Assembly (NCBI GenBank): GCA_014859645.1
Contig: JACUTV010000001.1
Location: 33,823 to 97,822 of the forward strand
Length of the DNA stretch: 64,000 bases
From: Campylobacterales bacterium
Lineage (GTDB): Bacteria > Campylobacterota > Campylobacteria > Campylobacterales > Campylobacteraceae
Direction: 5' to 3'
Of this stretch, positions 19,661 to 30,118 are shown one piece after another (position 1 is the first letter of the stretch; each line of letters opens with the position of its first letter). The notes under the pieces were generated by a model. That model was not told the origin of the DNA and ran no database searches. It was given only the letters and a program-made list of their open reading frames with translations. Position numbers and translations under genes: made by a program.

Positions 19661-19942
19661 ATGTTAAAAGTAGATGAAAACGATCCGTTTTTTGGCTCCC
19701 CTCGATCAAAGTTTTTTGATGTATTGTTGCACGCAAACCGCAGTGTTGTTGAGCATGAGTTTGATGTGTTTTTAGACCGCTACCTTGCCTTAGAAACACT
19801 ACTGAACGAGCGTTTGGGGGATGATGAATCATTAGAATCCCTTGTGCATACCTTTAGATACACGCGCCAAGATGAGCTAGAGGCGGGAAAAACAGACTTG
19901 TATATTACCCTCGTGGGAGACATTTTAACCCAAAATGAATAA
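19661..19942 (+). CDS. Small conserved hypothetical protein, probable HP0242/DUF2018-family
   Basis: 93 aa; extended -10 promoter upstream. It sits two genes upstream of ispB-hemA-proS-hemC, as HP0242 does in H. pylori. The sequence resemblance is recalled from memory, not searched. Confidence 0.55.
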   Translation: MLKVDENDPFFGSPRSKFFDVLLHANRSVVEHEFDVFLDRYLALETLLNERLGDDESLESLVHTFRYTRQDELEAGKTDLYITLVGDILTQNE

Positions 19943-20390
19943 CCTATTGAAGTGGTTGCTTTTTGCGGCTTTCACCCTTCCTCTTTACGCGAAAGTTGAA
20001 TGGGCACACCAGTACCGTTTTGTGCTTGAAAAAGACGAATGGGCATCGGTGTTTGTCTATCCAGAATACCTTAAAGACGAAGTTGGTGGTGGACGCGAAG
20101 AATACCGCTTCTCGTGGACGCTGTACGATACAACCAATTTGGTCGTACATACGCGTTTTCGGGGATTTCCCAAGCAACACACCCTTTCCCTTCGCCGTGG
20201 CCTTGAAACCGTGATAGAGCCTTTGCTTGTTGACCCGGCCAATAGGATTGCAGGCAAGGCAGAGTTGTGGTTGGTGTTTGAAGGGTTTGACGCGGAAAAA
20301 AAAGTAGCGTTTTTGGAAGTATACATTCAAGACCGCCAAAAGCGCGTGTTGATTGAATTTGATGATCCTAGAAGAAGGCGGGAAGAATAG
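19935..20390 (+). CDS. Secreted hypothetical protein
   Basis: 151 aa; signal peptide MNNLLKWLLFAAFTLPLYA; 8-nt overlap with the upstream ORF. Confidence 0.6.
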   Translation: MNNLLKWLLFAAFTLPLYAKVEWAHQYRFVLEKDEWASVFVYPEYLKDEVGGGREEYRFSWTLYDTTNLVVHTRFRGFPKQHTLSLRRGLETVIEPLLVDPANRIAGKAELWLVFEGFDAEKKVAFLEVYIQDRQKRVLIEFDDPRRRREE

Positions 20391-21287
20391 GTGCTTGAAT
20401 TGGTAGAAAAAACGATGAGGGAAATCGTCGCTTCGTTGGACGATGCGCGGGTGTGTTCTTTGTACGAAGGTGTTCCTAGCGGAAAACGGCTTCGGGCGAA
20501 GTTGATTTTAAAAATTGCCAGTACCCACCCTGATGCGGTGAAATTAGCGGCCATTGTGGAGCTGATTCATGCGGCAAGTTTGTTGCACGATGATGTGATT
20601 GATGATGCACTCACGCGACGCGGGGTGGATTCTATCAACGCACGTTTTGGCAACAAAACCGCCATTATGCTAGGCGACATCCTGTACTCCAAAGGCTTTT
20701 TTGAGCTTTGTGCTCTTCCTTCTTCAGTCGCCCAGACCATCTCCAATGCAGTTGCCTTACTAAGCCTTGGCGAACTCCAAGACGTGGAACTTGCTCAACG
20801 TTTTCACCATGACAAAGCAACGTACGACCAGATGATTTACAACAAAACTGCTTCGCTCATTGAGGCAAGTGCTAAAGCGGCGGCACAGCTTGTGGGAAAA
20901 CCTTGGGAACCTTTTGCAACGTATGGGAGAAACTTGGGACTGGCGTTTCAGATTGTGGATGACATTTTGGACATCACACAAGACAGCCAAACCTTGGGAA
21001 AACCTGCGTTGAATGATTTTGCTGAGGGCAAAACAACCTTGCCATATCTTTACATGTATGAAGCGTTAAATACGGAAGATAAGGCCATGCTTCTTTCGCT
21101 TTTTGGCGTGGTGCTGTCTCCTTCGCAAGCAGCGTGGATTCACGAAAAAATGCACACCTCAGGCGCACTTTCGCGGTCTATCGCACACGCAAAACGCCTA
21201 GGAAAAGAAGCCCTTGATGCCATCGGTGAAACAGGGGTAGAAGGTTTGGATAAGGTTGTAATTCAGATGATTGAAAGAGAGTTCTGA
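20391..21287 (+). CDS. ispB: Long-chain polyprenyl diphosphate synthase (IspB-like)
   Basis: GTG start; two aspartate-rich motifs, LLHDDVIDD and FQIVDDILD. Confidence 0.88.
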   Translation: MLELVEKTMREIVASLDDARVCSLYEGVPSGKRLRAKLILKIASTHPDAVKLAAIVELIHAASLLHDDVIDDALTRRGVDSINARFGNKTAIMLGDILYSKGFFELCALPSSVAQTISNAVALLSLGELQDVELAQRFHHDKATYDQMIYNKTASLIEASAKAAAQLVGKPWEPFATYGRNLGLAFQIVDDILDITQDSQTLGKPALNDFAEGKTTLPYLYMYEALNTEDKAMLLSLFGVVLSPSQAAWIHEKMHTSGALSRSIAHAKRLGKEALDAIGETGVEGLDKVVIQMIEREF

Positions 21288-22591
21288 TGCATTATATGAC
21301 GATGAGCTTCACGCACAAAAACACCGATATTGGGATTCGCGAACAACTTTCTTTTGCCTCGCAAGAGAAATTACGTGATATGTTATGTCGCATTGTTGTT
21401 CACGCCAGTGTGAATGAAGCCATCATTCTTTCTACATGTAACCGCGTTGAAATCATCACGAGCGTCAAGGAGTGCAAAGAGGCGTTAGCGCACATCACAA
21501 GCAAGTTAGTAGAAGTATGCAAGGTGAACCCAGAGGACATTCTTGGACGCGCGGACGTGTACGAGGACAATGGTGCCATTCATCACCTTTTTGCCGTCGT
21601 TTCCTCTCTTGATAGCCTTGTTATCGGAGAAACCCAGATTGTAGGGCAGCTTAAAGACGCGTACCGTTTTGCCTATGAGGGCGGTTTTTGTGGCTTGAAG
21701 CTCAGTCGCGCTATGCACCATGCTTTTCGCTGTGCCGCGTTGGTGCGTAGCCAAACTAGTATTTCCCAAAGTCCCATTTCTGTTTCTAGTGTGGCTGTTT
21801 CCAAGGCTGAGGAGATTGCGGGGTCGCTAGAAGGAAAAGAAGTCCTTGTAATTGGGGCGGGCGAGATGAGCACGTTGGCGGTGAAACATTTGTTGGCACA
21901 CAAGGCCAAAGTCGTGCTCATCAACCGTACTCCTGCGAATGCCTACGCCCTTGCGGCGAGCGTGGAAGGGGAAGTGCGGGTGGATGATTTTTCTTTTTTA
22001 GGCGAATACGTCAACCGTTTTTCGTTCATCTTTTCCGCCACAGGGGCTTCTAGGCCTATTGTCACAGACGCAATGCTTACGTATCAAGAGCATCCGCGCT
22101 ATTTTTTTGATATTGCGGTGCCTAGAGACATCGAGCTTTCCCCGCGTGCGAATGTACACGTTTTTGCGGTGGATGATTTGAAAGAAATCGTTTCGCGCAA
22201 CGTCTCCCTTCGGGAGGAACAAGCACAGGTGGCGTATGGTATTGTGGGGCGTTCGACCATTGAGTTTTTTAGGTGGCTACAAACCCTTAGTGTAGACCCT
22301 ATCATCAAAGAAATCCGCGAAAAAGCCAAAGCTTGTGCCATGCTAGAAGTGAGCAAGGCGGCAAAAAAAGGGTACATTCCTAAAGAAAGCGAAGAAGCGG
22401 TGATGCGCGTGGTGCATCAAGTCTTTAACGCGTTTTTGCACCGTCCTACTAAAAATCTCAAAGCCATTGCCGAACAACCAGAATCAGATACCATCGTCCA
22501 AGCGATTCAGTACTTTTTTGACATCAACGAAGAAGAAGACAAACAACTCGACCAATACCAATGCAACCACCAAATGGAGAAACATGCATGA
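21287..22591 (+). CDS. hemA: Glutamyl-tRNA reductase
   Basis: 434 aa; active-site STCNRVE motif; NADPH Rossmann motif VIGAGEMS. Confidence 0.92.
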   Translation: MHYMTMSFTHKNTDIGIREQLSFASQEKLRDMLCRIVVHASVNEAIILSTCNRVEIITSVKECKEALAHITSKLVEVCKVNPEDILGRADVYEDNGAIHHLFAVVSSLDSLVIGETQIVGQLKDAYRFAYEGGFCGLKLSRAMHHAFRCAALVRSQTSISQSPISVSSVAVSKAEEIAGSLEGKEVLVIGAGEMSTLAVKHLLAHKAKVVLINRTPANAYALAASVEGEVRVDDFSFLGEYVNRFSFIFSATGASRPIVTDAMLTYQEHPRYFFDIAVPRDIELSPRANVHVFAVDDLKEIVSRNVSLREEQAQVAYGIVGRSTIEFFRWLQTLSVDPIIKEIREKAKACAMLEVSKAAKKGYIPKESEEAVMRVVHQVFNAFLHRPTKNLKAIAEQPESDTIVQAIQYFFDINEEEDKQLDQYQCNHQMEKHA

Positions 22592-24294
22592 GATTTTCTA
22601 ACCTTTACGCCCCAACAACCAAAGAAACCCCTAAAGATGCCCAGCTTCCTAGTCACATCTTTTTAACCCGTGCGGGATTTATTCAGCAAGCGGGTAGCGG
22701 CTTGTATAACTTTTTGCCCATGGGTAAAATCGTATTTGACAAGATTCGTCAAGTTGTCAAAGAAGAGATGGACAACGCAGGTGCCCAAGAGGTACAGATG
22801 GGCGTCGTAACCCCCGCGGACTTGTGGCAAGAAAGCGGACGCTACTCGGTTTTTGGTAAAGAACTGTTGCGCTTTAATGACCGCAAAGAAAATGGCTTTG
22901 TACTAGGTCCAACCCACGAAGAAGTGGTGGTAGACATGGTGCGTAACCGCATCAACTCTTACAAACAATTGCCCTTGCATTTGTACCAGATAACCACCAA
23001 GTTTCGCGATGAAGCGAGGCCGCGTTTTGGTCTGTTGCGCGGGCGTGAGTTTACCATGAAAGACGGCTACAGTTTCCATGCGAGCCAAGAAGATTTGGTA
23101 CGCGAATTTAACCTCATGGAAGCGACGTATACACGCATCCTAGAGCGTCTTGGCCTTGAATTTCGCGCGGTAGACGCTGACAGTGGTGCCATTGGCGGAA
23201 GTGGAAGCAAAGAGTTTATGGTCTTAGCGCCCAATGGCGAAGACGACATTGTCGTGTGCGATGCGTGTAATTACGGTGCCAACATCGAAGCAGCAAAACG
23301 CGCTAAAAAAACCACGACTATCGAAGCACCGCAGGCCGCCCCTGCAAAGTTTCACACGCCCAATCAAAGCACCATTGAGGCGGTGGGCGCGTACTTACAT
23401 GTAGACTCTTTTTACACCATCAAAGCGGTCATTAAAAAAGCTGTTTTTCATGAAAAAGAAGCGGTAGTAGTCTTTTTTGTGCGCGGATGCGACACGCTTC
23501 AAGAAACCAAAGCACAAAATGCGTGCGGTGCCCTTGAGCTCACCGACGCAACGGCGGAAGAGATCGAAAAGGCAGGGCTTGTGGCAGGGTATTGCGGGCC
23601 TATTGGCTTACCTGAGGGCGTAGAGTTTTACATCGACCAAGAGCTTGAAAACGAAGCTAACCTCATTTGTGGTGCAAATGAACAAGATTATCACTGGGTA
23701 GGTGTGAAAGTTGCTAGCTTCAAACCTTCACGCTTTAAGGATTTGGTCGCAGTGGAAGCGGGGGATTGTTGTGTGGCGTGTGGCGGAAAACTAAGCATCA
23801 CCAAAGGCATCGAAGTAGGGCATATTTTCCAACTGGGCCAAAAGTATTCTAAGGCGATGAACGCGACCTTTTTAGACCAAAATGGCAAAGCACAACCCTT
23901 TTGGATGGGGTGCTATGGCGTTGGCGTAAGCCGTTTGATTGCCGTCATGATAGAAACAAGCCACGATGAAAAAGGGTGCATTTGGAATCTCCAAACCGCC
24001 CCTTACGCGGTGGAAATCATCGTTTCTAACACCAAAGACGAAGAGAGTTTGGCCTATGCCACTTCCTTGTACGAATCCCTAAAAGCCAAGGGCGTGGAAG
24101 TGCTCTTGGATGATCGCAATGAGCGTTTTGGGTTTAAAATGAGCGATTTTGAACTCATCGGATTCCCTTACGCGGTGGTTGTGGGCAAGGAGTTTAAGGA
24201 AGGCAAAGTAGAACTTGTGAGCCGCAAAACCCTTGAAAAAGAGGGCATGGGCATCGATGTGGTCGAAGCGGAGATTTTAAGGCGTTTGGCGTGA
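22588..24294 (+). CDS. proS: Prolyl-tRNA synthetase
   Basis: Class II motifs ([21 protein letters not shown]); start set at ATG 22588 ([10 protein letters not shown]), overlapping the hemA stop. Confidence 0.93.
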   Translation: MRFSNLYAPTTKETPKDAQLPSHIFLTRAGFIQQAGSGLYNFLPMGKIVFDKIRQVVKEEMDNAGAQEVQMGVVTPADLWQESGRYSVFGKELLRFNDRKENGFVLGPTHEEVVVDMVRNRINSYKQLPLHLYQITTKFRDEARPRFGLLRGREFTMKDGYSFHASQEDLVREFNLMEATYTRILERLGLEFRAVDADSGAIGGSGSKEFMVLAPNGEDDIVVCDACNYGANIEAAKRAKKTTTIEAPQAAPAKFHTPNQSTIEAVGAYLHVDSFYTIKAVIKKAVFHEKEAVVVFFVRGCDTLQETKAQNACGALELTDATAEEIEKAGLVAGYCGPIGLPEGVEFYIDQELENEANLICGANEQDYHWVGVKVASFKPSRFKDLVAVEAGDCCVACGGKLSITKGIEVGHIFQLGQKYSKAMNATFLDQNGKAQPFWMGCYGVGVSRLIAVMIETSHDEKGCIWNLQTAPYAVEIIVSNTKDEESLAYATSLYESLKAKGVEVLLDDRNERFGFKMSDFELIGFPYAVVVGKEFKEGKVELVSRKTLEKEGMGIDVVEAEILRRLA

Positions 24295-24713
24295 TTTATT
24301 TTATCCTTTATATTTTCCTTGAAACCCTTCTGAGTGTCAATGTTTTTAGCCAACTTGGCGGCCTTGGTGCTTTTGTGGAGATTATGGGGACGGCGTTTTT
24401 AGGCGCACTGTTTTTGGCTAATTTCCGCGCCACTCTTGCCCAAAGTTTACACGCCCTTGCTCAGCGCAATCTTACCCCTGAAGGACTGAGTCAAATCAGT
24501 CTTTTTACGGTTATTGGGGCGTTCTTGCTCATTGTGCCAGGCGTACTTAGCGACATCTTAGGACTTGCCTTGCAATTTAGCGCTGTGGCGACGTTGGTCT
24601 CTAAACGTTTCGCGCCACCCGCCACTGATGGACACACCTACCGTGATGATGGCGTGATTGACGTGGAAGTCATTGAAGAATCGCCTCGCAGTAAAGAACC
24701 CAAGAAGGATTAA
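24291..24713 (+). CDS. fxsA: FxsA-family membrane protein
   Basis: 140 aa with GTG start overlapping the proS stop; N-terminal TM helices with an FxsA-like pattern. Confidence 0.6.
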   Translation: MIYFILYIFLETLLSVNVFSQLGGLGAFVEIMGTAFLGALFLANFRATLAQSLHALAQRNLTPEGLSQISLFTVIGAFLLIVPGVLSDILGLALQFSAVATLVSKRFAPPATDGHTYRDDGVIDVEVIEESPRSKEPKKD

Positions 24714-24714
24714 C

Positions 24715-25665
24715 ATGAAAAACATTATTATCGCCACCCGTGGAAGCCAACTGGCCTTATGGCAAGCTGAACACATCAAAGCCTTACTGATGGAACGGTA
24801 TCCTTCTTTACATGTAACGCTTAACATCATTAAAACAAAAGGCGATAAGATTTTAGATACGCCGCTGGCCAAGATCGGTGGCAAAGGGCTTTTTACCAAA
24901 GAGTTGGAAGAAGAGATGTTACGTGGCAATGCACACTTAGCAGTGCACAGCCTTAAAGACGTGCCCGCAGAATTTCCCGAAGGCTTGGCCCTTGTGGCAC
25001 TCACCAAGCGCGAAGACCCGCGTGACGCGATGCTCTCAGAACACTACGCCTCACTTGACGCCTTGCCTCAAGGTGCGGTCGTGGGTACCACCAGTTTGCG
25101 CCGTCGAATGCAACTGTTGGCCAAGCGTCCTGATTTGGTTATTAATAACTTGCGTGGGAATGTAAATACGCGCATTCGCAAACTTAAAGAGGGAGAATTT
25201 GACGCGATTATCTTAGCAACGGCGGGCATTGTGCGCTTGGGGCTTCAAGAGGAAGTGCGCTATTTTGCGCCTATCGAAAAAACGTGGATGATTCCTGCAA
25301 GCGGCCAAGCGGCTTTAGGCATCGAAAGCGTGGACACACCAGAACTTCGCGAAATGTTAGCCTTTTTAAACGACGACGAAGCCATCATCGAGACAACCAT
25401 TGAGCGGGATTTTGTGCGCATCTTAGAAGGGGGATGCCAAGTGCCCATCGGCGTCAATGCAACCTTGGAAAAAGACCATATACATGTAAAGGCTATGGTA
25501 GGTTTGCCAGATGCTAGCCAAATCCTCGAAGAAAGCCTTACATGTAAGAGGGAAGAGTACGCTACAGTGGGCAAAATCCTAGCCAAACGCATGGGCGAGC
25601 GCGGGGCACACGAGTTGCTTAAAAAAGCTGAAATCATGGCAATGACTGTCATTTTTAACGACTAG
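24715..25665 (+). CDS. hemC: Porphobilinogen deaminase (hydroxymethylbilane synthase)
   Basis: [21 protein letters not shown]-terminus; start set at ATG 24715. Confidence 0.93.
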   Translation: MKNIIIATRGSQLALWQAEHIKALLMERYPSLHVTLNIIKTKGDKILDTPLAKIGGKGLFTKELEEEMLRGNAHLAVHSLKDVPAEFPEGLALVALTKREDPRDAMLSEHYASLDALPQGAVVGTTSLRRRMQLLAKRPDLVINNLRGNVNTRIRKLKEGEFDAIILATAGIVRLGLQEEVRYFAPIEKTWMIPASGQAALGIESVDTPELREMLAFLNDDEAIIETTIERDFVRILEGGCQVPIGVNATLEKDHIHVKAMVGLPDASQILEESLTCKREEYATVGKILAKRMGERGAHELLKKAEIMAMTVIFND

Positions 25666-25674
25666 GAGGGAAGG

Positions 25675-27483
25675 GTGCAAGAGACCATTGATCTACTCAA
25701 ACAGCACGGATTGTTACGGGTTATCGACGAGCCTGTGGATATTGACCTAGAAATCCCTCATGTGGCGTATGTGGAAGTCAAAAAACCCGACTCCAAAGCT
25801 TTGCTCTTTACCAAACCTGTGAGCAAACGCCTGGGCAAAACCTTTGATGTGCCAGTGCTCATGAACGTTTTTGGTTCTTACGAAGCCACCCGCTTGTTTT
25901 TTGGCAAAGAACCCGACGCGGTGGCTAAAGAGATTGATGATTTGTTACATGTAAAGCCTCCTCAGGGGTTTTTTAACACGATGGGCATGTTGGGCCAGCT
26001 CTTTAACCTTAAAAATGTTTTTCCAAAACGCTTAAGCTCCAAGGGTGCCTGCCAAGAAGTGGTGGAAGAAAAGCCCAATTTGTACGACATTCCCGTGCTG
26101 ACCACATGGACAGAAGACGGTGGCCCTTTTATTACGATGGGGCAAGTGTATACGGTTAGTCTAGATGGTACAAAGCACAATCTTGGCATGTACCGTTTGC
26201 AAGTGTACGATGAGACGCATCTTGGCATGCATTGGCAGATTCACAAAGACAGCGCCCATTTTTTCCACGAATACAAACAAGCAGGGCATCCAATGCCTGT
26301 TTCCATTGCCATTGGCGGTGACCCGTTGTACATTTGGTGCGGGCAAGCACCCATGCCAAATGGCGTGTTCGAACTGATGCTCTACGGACTTATTAAAGGA
26401 AAAAATGCCCGTTTGGTCAAGTCTTTAACCAACCCTATCCACGTGCCTGAAGATGTGGATTATGTGATTGAGGGCTGGGTTGACCCTACACAAATGCGCA
26501 TCGAAGGACCTTTTGGTGACCACACAGGGTACTACACCCTTAAAGAGCCTTATCCTGTGATGAAAGTAAGTTGTATCACCCACAAGAAAAATCCTGTCTA
26601 TTTGGCTACCGTGGTGGGGAAACCACCTTTGGAAGACAAGTATATGGGGTGGGCGACAGGACGGGTGTTTTTGCCACTCCTTAAAACCACTGCGCCAGAG
26701 CTAATTGATTATGAGATGCCTGAAAATGGGGTGTTTCATAACCTCATTTTGGCCAAAATGGAAACCCGCTACCCAGGTCATGCCAAGCAGTTTATGCACG
26801 CATTTTGGGGAGTAGGGCAGATGAGTTTTGTGAAGCACGCGCTCTTTTTAGGAGCCGACGCGCCAGCACTCAGTGCGTATGACGCGGTGAGTGAGTATAT
26901 TCTTGACCGCGTGAAGGTGGGCAATATTATCATTAGTGAAGGGGTGTGCGATGCCCTTGATCATGCCTCGCCCAATGCATGCTACGGGGGAAAACTTGGG
27001 CTTGATTGCACCCAAGACAATGTTCCTTTTTTAGACAAAAAGATACTGCAAGACGCGGAACTTTATGCTAAAATGTCGGCACTCGTTCCTCAAGTTAAAA
27101 CACTAAAGCAGTACAAAACCCATACAAAAACACCTGTGTGTGTTATTGGGGTAGAAAAAACCTCTCCGATGAGAGAGGTCTATGAGGCCTTAAAAGCCCT
27201 GAAGGAGCACGTGAACCTGCTTGTGTTTGTGGACCACGCCAGTAACGATGTTACTAACCCGTACATGCTGATTTGGCGTGTGGTGAACAACATGGACGCG
27301 TTGCGTGATGTGTATTTGAAAGAGGGCTACATCGGCCTTGATGGCACCAATAAAACCGCCCTTGATGGGTACGAGCGGGAATGGCCCAAGGACACAGACT
27401 GTGACCCAGCGGTCATCGAATCTTTACAACAACGAAATCTAATCTCAGTAACCAAGGAGTTTTTAAAACACTACCATGTCTGA
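25675..27483 (+). CDS. UbiD-family decarboxylase (menaquinone-biosynthesis type)
   Basis: 602-aa ORF with GTG start after GGAGGGAAGG; UbiD-like core (GMYRLQV, GGDP). Confidence 0.8.
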   Translation: MQETIDLLKQHGLLRVIDEPVDIDLEIPHVAYVEVKKPDSKALLFTKPVSKRLGKTFDVPVLMNVFGSYEATRLFFGKEPDAVAKEIDDLLHVKPPQGFFNTMGMLGQLFNLKNVFPKRLSSKGACQEVVEEKPNLYDIPVLTTWTEDGGPFITMGQVYTVSLDGTKHNLGMYRLQVYDETHLGMHWQIHKDSAHFFHEYKQAGHPMPVSIAIGGDPLYIWCGQAPMPNGVFELMLYGLIKGKNARLVKSLTNPIHVPEDVDYVIEGWVDPTQMRIEGPFGDHTGYYTLKEPYPVMKVSCITHKKNPVYLATVVGKPPLEDKYMGWATGRVFLPLLKTTAPELIDYEMPENGVFHNLILAKMETRYPGHAKQFMHAFWGVGQMSFVKHALFLGADAPALSAYDAVSEYILDRVKVGNIIISEGVCDALDHASPNACYGGKLGLDCTQDNVPFLDKKILQDAELYAKMSALVPQVKTLKQYKTHTKTPVCVIGVEKTSPMREVYEALKALKEHVNLLVFVDHASNDVTNPYMLIWRVVNNMDALRDVYLKEGYIGLDGTNKTALDGYEREWPKDTDCDPAVIESLQQRNLISVTKEFLKHYHV

Positions 27484-27597
27484 ACCTTCATCGCCTAGGC
27501 GGTGCTTTGTGGAGATGCGTCAACGCATTTTGGAAGTCACCGCGTACAACACTGTACTTTTTGTAAACCTTCTGATTCTTCAGGTGGAGCGTAGCAA

Positions 27598-28671
27598 ATG
27601 ACGCTCTTATTTATTTATGTAATAGTCGCTGTTGGCATTTCGTTTGTGTGCTCATTGCTTGAGGCCATTCTTTTGTCATTGAGTTATTCGTATATTCAAG
27701 TGCTCAAAAAAGAACGTCCAGCTGTTGGGTTATTGCTTGAGAAATTTAAGAATAACATTGATGTTCCCCTTTCCTCAATCTTGATTCTTAACACGATTTC
27801 TCACACGGCAGGAGCCGCAGGCGTTGGTGCTGAGGCAGTGAAACTATTTGGCTCAGAATACATGTTTCTTGTTTCTGCCATCCTTACCCTGCTCATTTTG
27901 TTTCTTTCTGAAATTATCCCAAAAACAATCGGTGCTTTGCACTGGAAAGAATTAGCACCAACAGCCGCGTATGGCATTCGATTTTTGGTGTTTATTACCT
28001 ACCCTTTGGTGATTATTTCAATTTTTGTAACCAAAAAAATTGCAGGAAATAAAAAAGGGCACACGATGACCCGCGAAGAGTTCTTGCAAAGTGCACTTTT
28101 GGGGGAAAATGCGGGGATTATTGATGAAAAAGAATCCGACATCATCGAAAATACCTTGCAGCTTAGCAAAAGCAAAGTGTATGACATCTTGACGCCACGC
28201 AGTGTCGTGTTTGCGGTAGAAAAAAACATGAGCGTGCGTGATGTGTTGCTCAAAGAAGAGGTCCATAAGTTTTCGCGCATTCCGGTGTACGAGGGGAGTA
28301 TCGATAACGTTATTGGTATGGTGATGGCCAAAAAGATTTTTCAAAAAGCAATCATCAACCAAGATGTGATGATTGAAACTATCATGCAACCGATTTTTTC
28401 CATTCATGAAAACATCCCTGTTTCCTACGCGCTAGATATGTTTATCAAGCGACGTGAGCACATGTTTGTGGTGGTGGATAGTTACAACCAGACTGAAGGG
28501 ATTGTGACCTTGGAAGATTGTATCGAGACGGTGCTGGGGGTTGAAATCATGGACGAAGCTGACACAACTGAAGACATGCAAGCTTTCGCAAAGACACTGA
28601 TGAAACTCAAGAAAAAACAGCAAAAAAAAGAGATACGCAAATCTCTTAAACAGATTACGCCCCAAGAGTAA
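27598..28671 (+). CDS. CNNM/DUF21-CBS membrane protein (hemolysin-family, putative divalent-cation transporter)
   Basis: 357 aa; four N-terminal TM helices followed by a CBS pair; lysine-rich tail. Confidence 0.8.
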   Translation: MTLLFIYVIVAVGISFVCSLLEAILLSLSYSYIQVLKKERPAVGLLLEKFKNNIDVPLSSILILNTISHTAGAAGVGAEAVKLFGSEYMFLVSAILTLLILFLSEIIPKTIGALHWKELAPTAAYGIRFLVFITYPLVIISIFVTKKIAGNKKGHTMTREEFLQSALLGENAGIIDEKESDIIENTLQLSKSKVYDILTPRSVVFAVEKNMSVRDVLLKEEVHKFSRIPVYEGSIDNVIGMVMAKKIFQKAIINQDVMIETIMQPIFSIHENIPVSYALDMFIKRREHMFVVVDSYNQTEGIVTLEDCIETVLGVEIMDEADTTEDMQAFAKTLMKLKKKQQKKEIRKSLKQITPQE

Positions 28672-28742
28672 GTACACGAGAGATTGAACGCTACTCATCG
28701 TTAAAATTGGTACGCTATTTGCTTTCAAGAAAGGCAATCATC

Positions 28743-28777
28743 CCCATTTAAGAGATGTATACCATCTCTTAAATGGG
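28743..28777. other. 15-bp perfect inverted repeat (hairpin or operator)
   Basis: CCCATTTAAGAGATG-tatac-CATCTCTTAAATGGG, 22 nt upstream of ORF 28799; no U-tract. Confidence 0.5.
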
Positions 28778-28798
28778 TAAAGTGATGAACCCTGACCC

Positions 28799-29410
28799 TT
28801 GGAGGCAACAGTGAGAATCGCATACAAACCCTTAGTAGATCGCTACAACATCCCCCGTCCAACCCTCATAGAATGGCAAAAAAAAGCAGAAGATAAAACC
28901 CCAAATTGGCGCACCAAACACTTGCAGTACTTGCGCGAGCAACTGGAGATTGAAGAAGAAACCATCAGTGAAATCAACCAAAAAGGGATTTTACTTGAGG
29001 AGTATTTTCTGTGGGTTACTTTTTTGTTTTTCGAACATGCCAAATACCCTTTGCCTAAATCCACCTTTGCTCAAAAACTTCGCAAGTTTTCCTTTGTCGT
29101 GCAGTTTGGCGTAGAGTATCAACACCCCTATGCTAAACGCATTTGGCTTGAAACAGAAGTGGATGGCCGAATGCAACGGGTTGCACCCTATGTAAGTTTG
29201 GTTGAAGTGAGTGAACGGCTCACAGCGGCGCAATACTATTGTGTGCAGTCGATTTTACTGCGTATCTTAGACGGGATGCGGCGCAAGCTTAACATCACAT
29301 CAAAACCTGCTTTATTGGGTTCAACGTGGCAAGAACTCCATGCATACGACAAAACCTTTTCCCTTGAGGCACTAAAAAAAGAGTTAAGTGTGCAAGGTCT
29401 TTCCTTTTAG
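28799..29410 (+). CDS. Hypothetical protein (possible N-terminal HTH)
   Basis: 203-aa ORF (TTG 28799, or GTG 28811); no family recognised; a 15-bp perfect hairpin lies immediately upstream. Confidence 0.5.
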   Translation: MEATVRIAYKPLVDRYNIPRPTLIEWQKKAEDKTPNWRTKHLQYLREQLEIEEETISEINQKGILLEEYFLWVTFLFFEHAKYPLPKSTFAQKLRKFSFVVQFGVEYQHPYAKRIWLETEVDGRMQRVAPYVSLVEVSERLTAAQYYCVQSILLRILDGMRRKLNITSKPALLGSTWQELHAYDKTFSLEALKKELSVQGLSF

Positions 29411-29444
29411 CGCGTACCAACACGTTGGGAATGGTGAATAAAAG

Positions 29445-29472
29445 TTGACTGTCTAGGTATTTGTGTTACAAT
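29445..29472 (+). promoter_or_regulatory. Promoter of the TetR-hydrogenase operon (TTGACT-N16-TGtTACAAT)
   Basis: Near-consensus -35, 16-nt spacer and extended -10; a motif copy at 29499..29513 lies in the leader. Confidence 0.5.
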
Positions 29473-29498
29473 TTTGCCAAAGAATGCATTTTGGAAAA

Positions 29499-29513
29499 CC
29501 TTACATGTAAAGG
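29499..29513. repeat. Palindromic motif copy CCTTACATGTAAAGG
   Basis: In the leader of the TetR-hydrogenase operon; its AAAGGA arm is 10 nt upstream of GTG 29525. Confidence 0.9.
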
Positions 29514-29524
29514 ACGCAGGGATT

Positions 29525-30118
29525 GTGGCAAAGGTAAATAACAAATCAGAACTTATCTTAGAAGCGGCGTTGAAACTCTTTTCTACCCAAGGGTTTTACG
29601 CCACTACCATCCCGCAGATTGCCAAATCCATCGGCATGAGCGCGGGAAACATTTATAACTACTACACCTCAAAAGAACTCTTAGCACGAGAAATCATTCG
29701 CTACTCGTCCAAGATGATTGCCGCAAAGATTCAAAAAATCAACGAGTCCTCTCTTTCCTCTCAGGAAAAGATTCGAAAAATTGTCGAAGCCTATTTTTTG
29801 ATTGCGGAAAAAAAACCCGAACATTTAAACTACTTTTTGCGTGTGTTTCTTTCAAATAAAGAAGTCTTTAAAGACGGGTGCGATGGCATGCTTTGTGTGA
29901 GTGAGTTTATGACCGAACTCATGATTTTCTTTGAAGAAGGGGTGCGCAAGGGCGAACTTCGCAACCAAGATTTTTTTACTGCCTTTGGACTGCTGATGGG
30001 CTATTTGGGCGGATTTGTTTTTTTAAAAGGAGAAAATACTCTCTCGCGAGGATTATTAACCTACGTGGACGAAATCGCGGATAACATTTACCGTGCGTTG
30101 AAAGCGGAAGATGCCTGA
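29525..30118 (+). CDS. TetR-family transcriptional regulator
   Basis: HTH FYATTIPQIAKSIGMSAGNIYNYYTSKELL. Start set at GTG 29525 because the TTGACT-N16-TACAAT promoter at 29445..29472 lies inside the longer ORF. Overlaps the hydrogenase small subunit by 8 nt. Confidence 0.85.
   Translation: MAKVNNKSELILEAALKLFSTQGFYATTIPQIAKSIGMSAGNIYNYYTSKELLAREIIRYSSKMIAAKIQKINESSLSSQEKIRKIVEAYFLIAEKKPEHLNYFLRVFLSNKEVFKDGCDGMLCVSEFMTELMIFFEEGVRKGELRNQDFFTAFGLLMGYLGGFVFLKGENTLSRGLLTYVDEIADNIYRALKAEDA

Noticed and set aside
27491-27502. CGCCTAGGCG palindrome after ubiD, as a terminator or as a relative of the hypB-leader palindrome.
   Set aside because: It has only a 4-5 bp stem with no loop and no U-tract. 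The shared CCTAGG core is too short to be meaningful.
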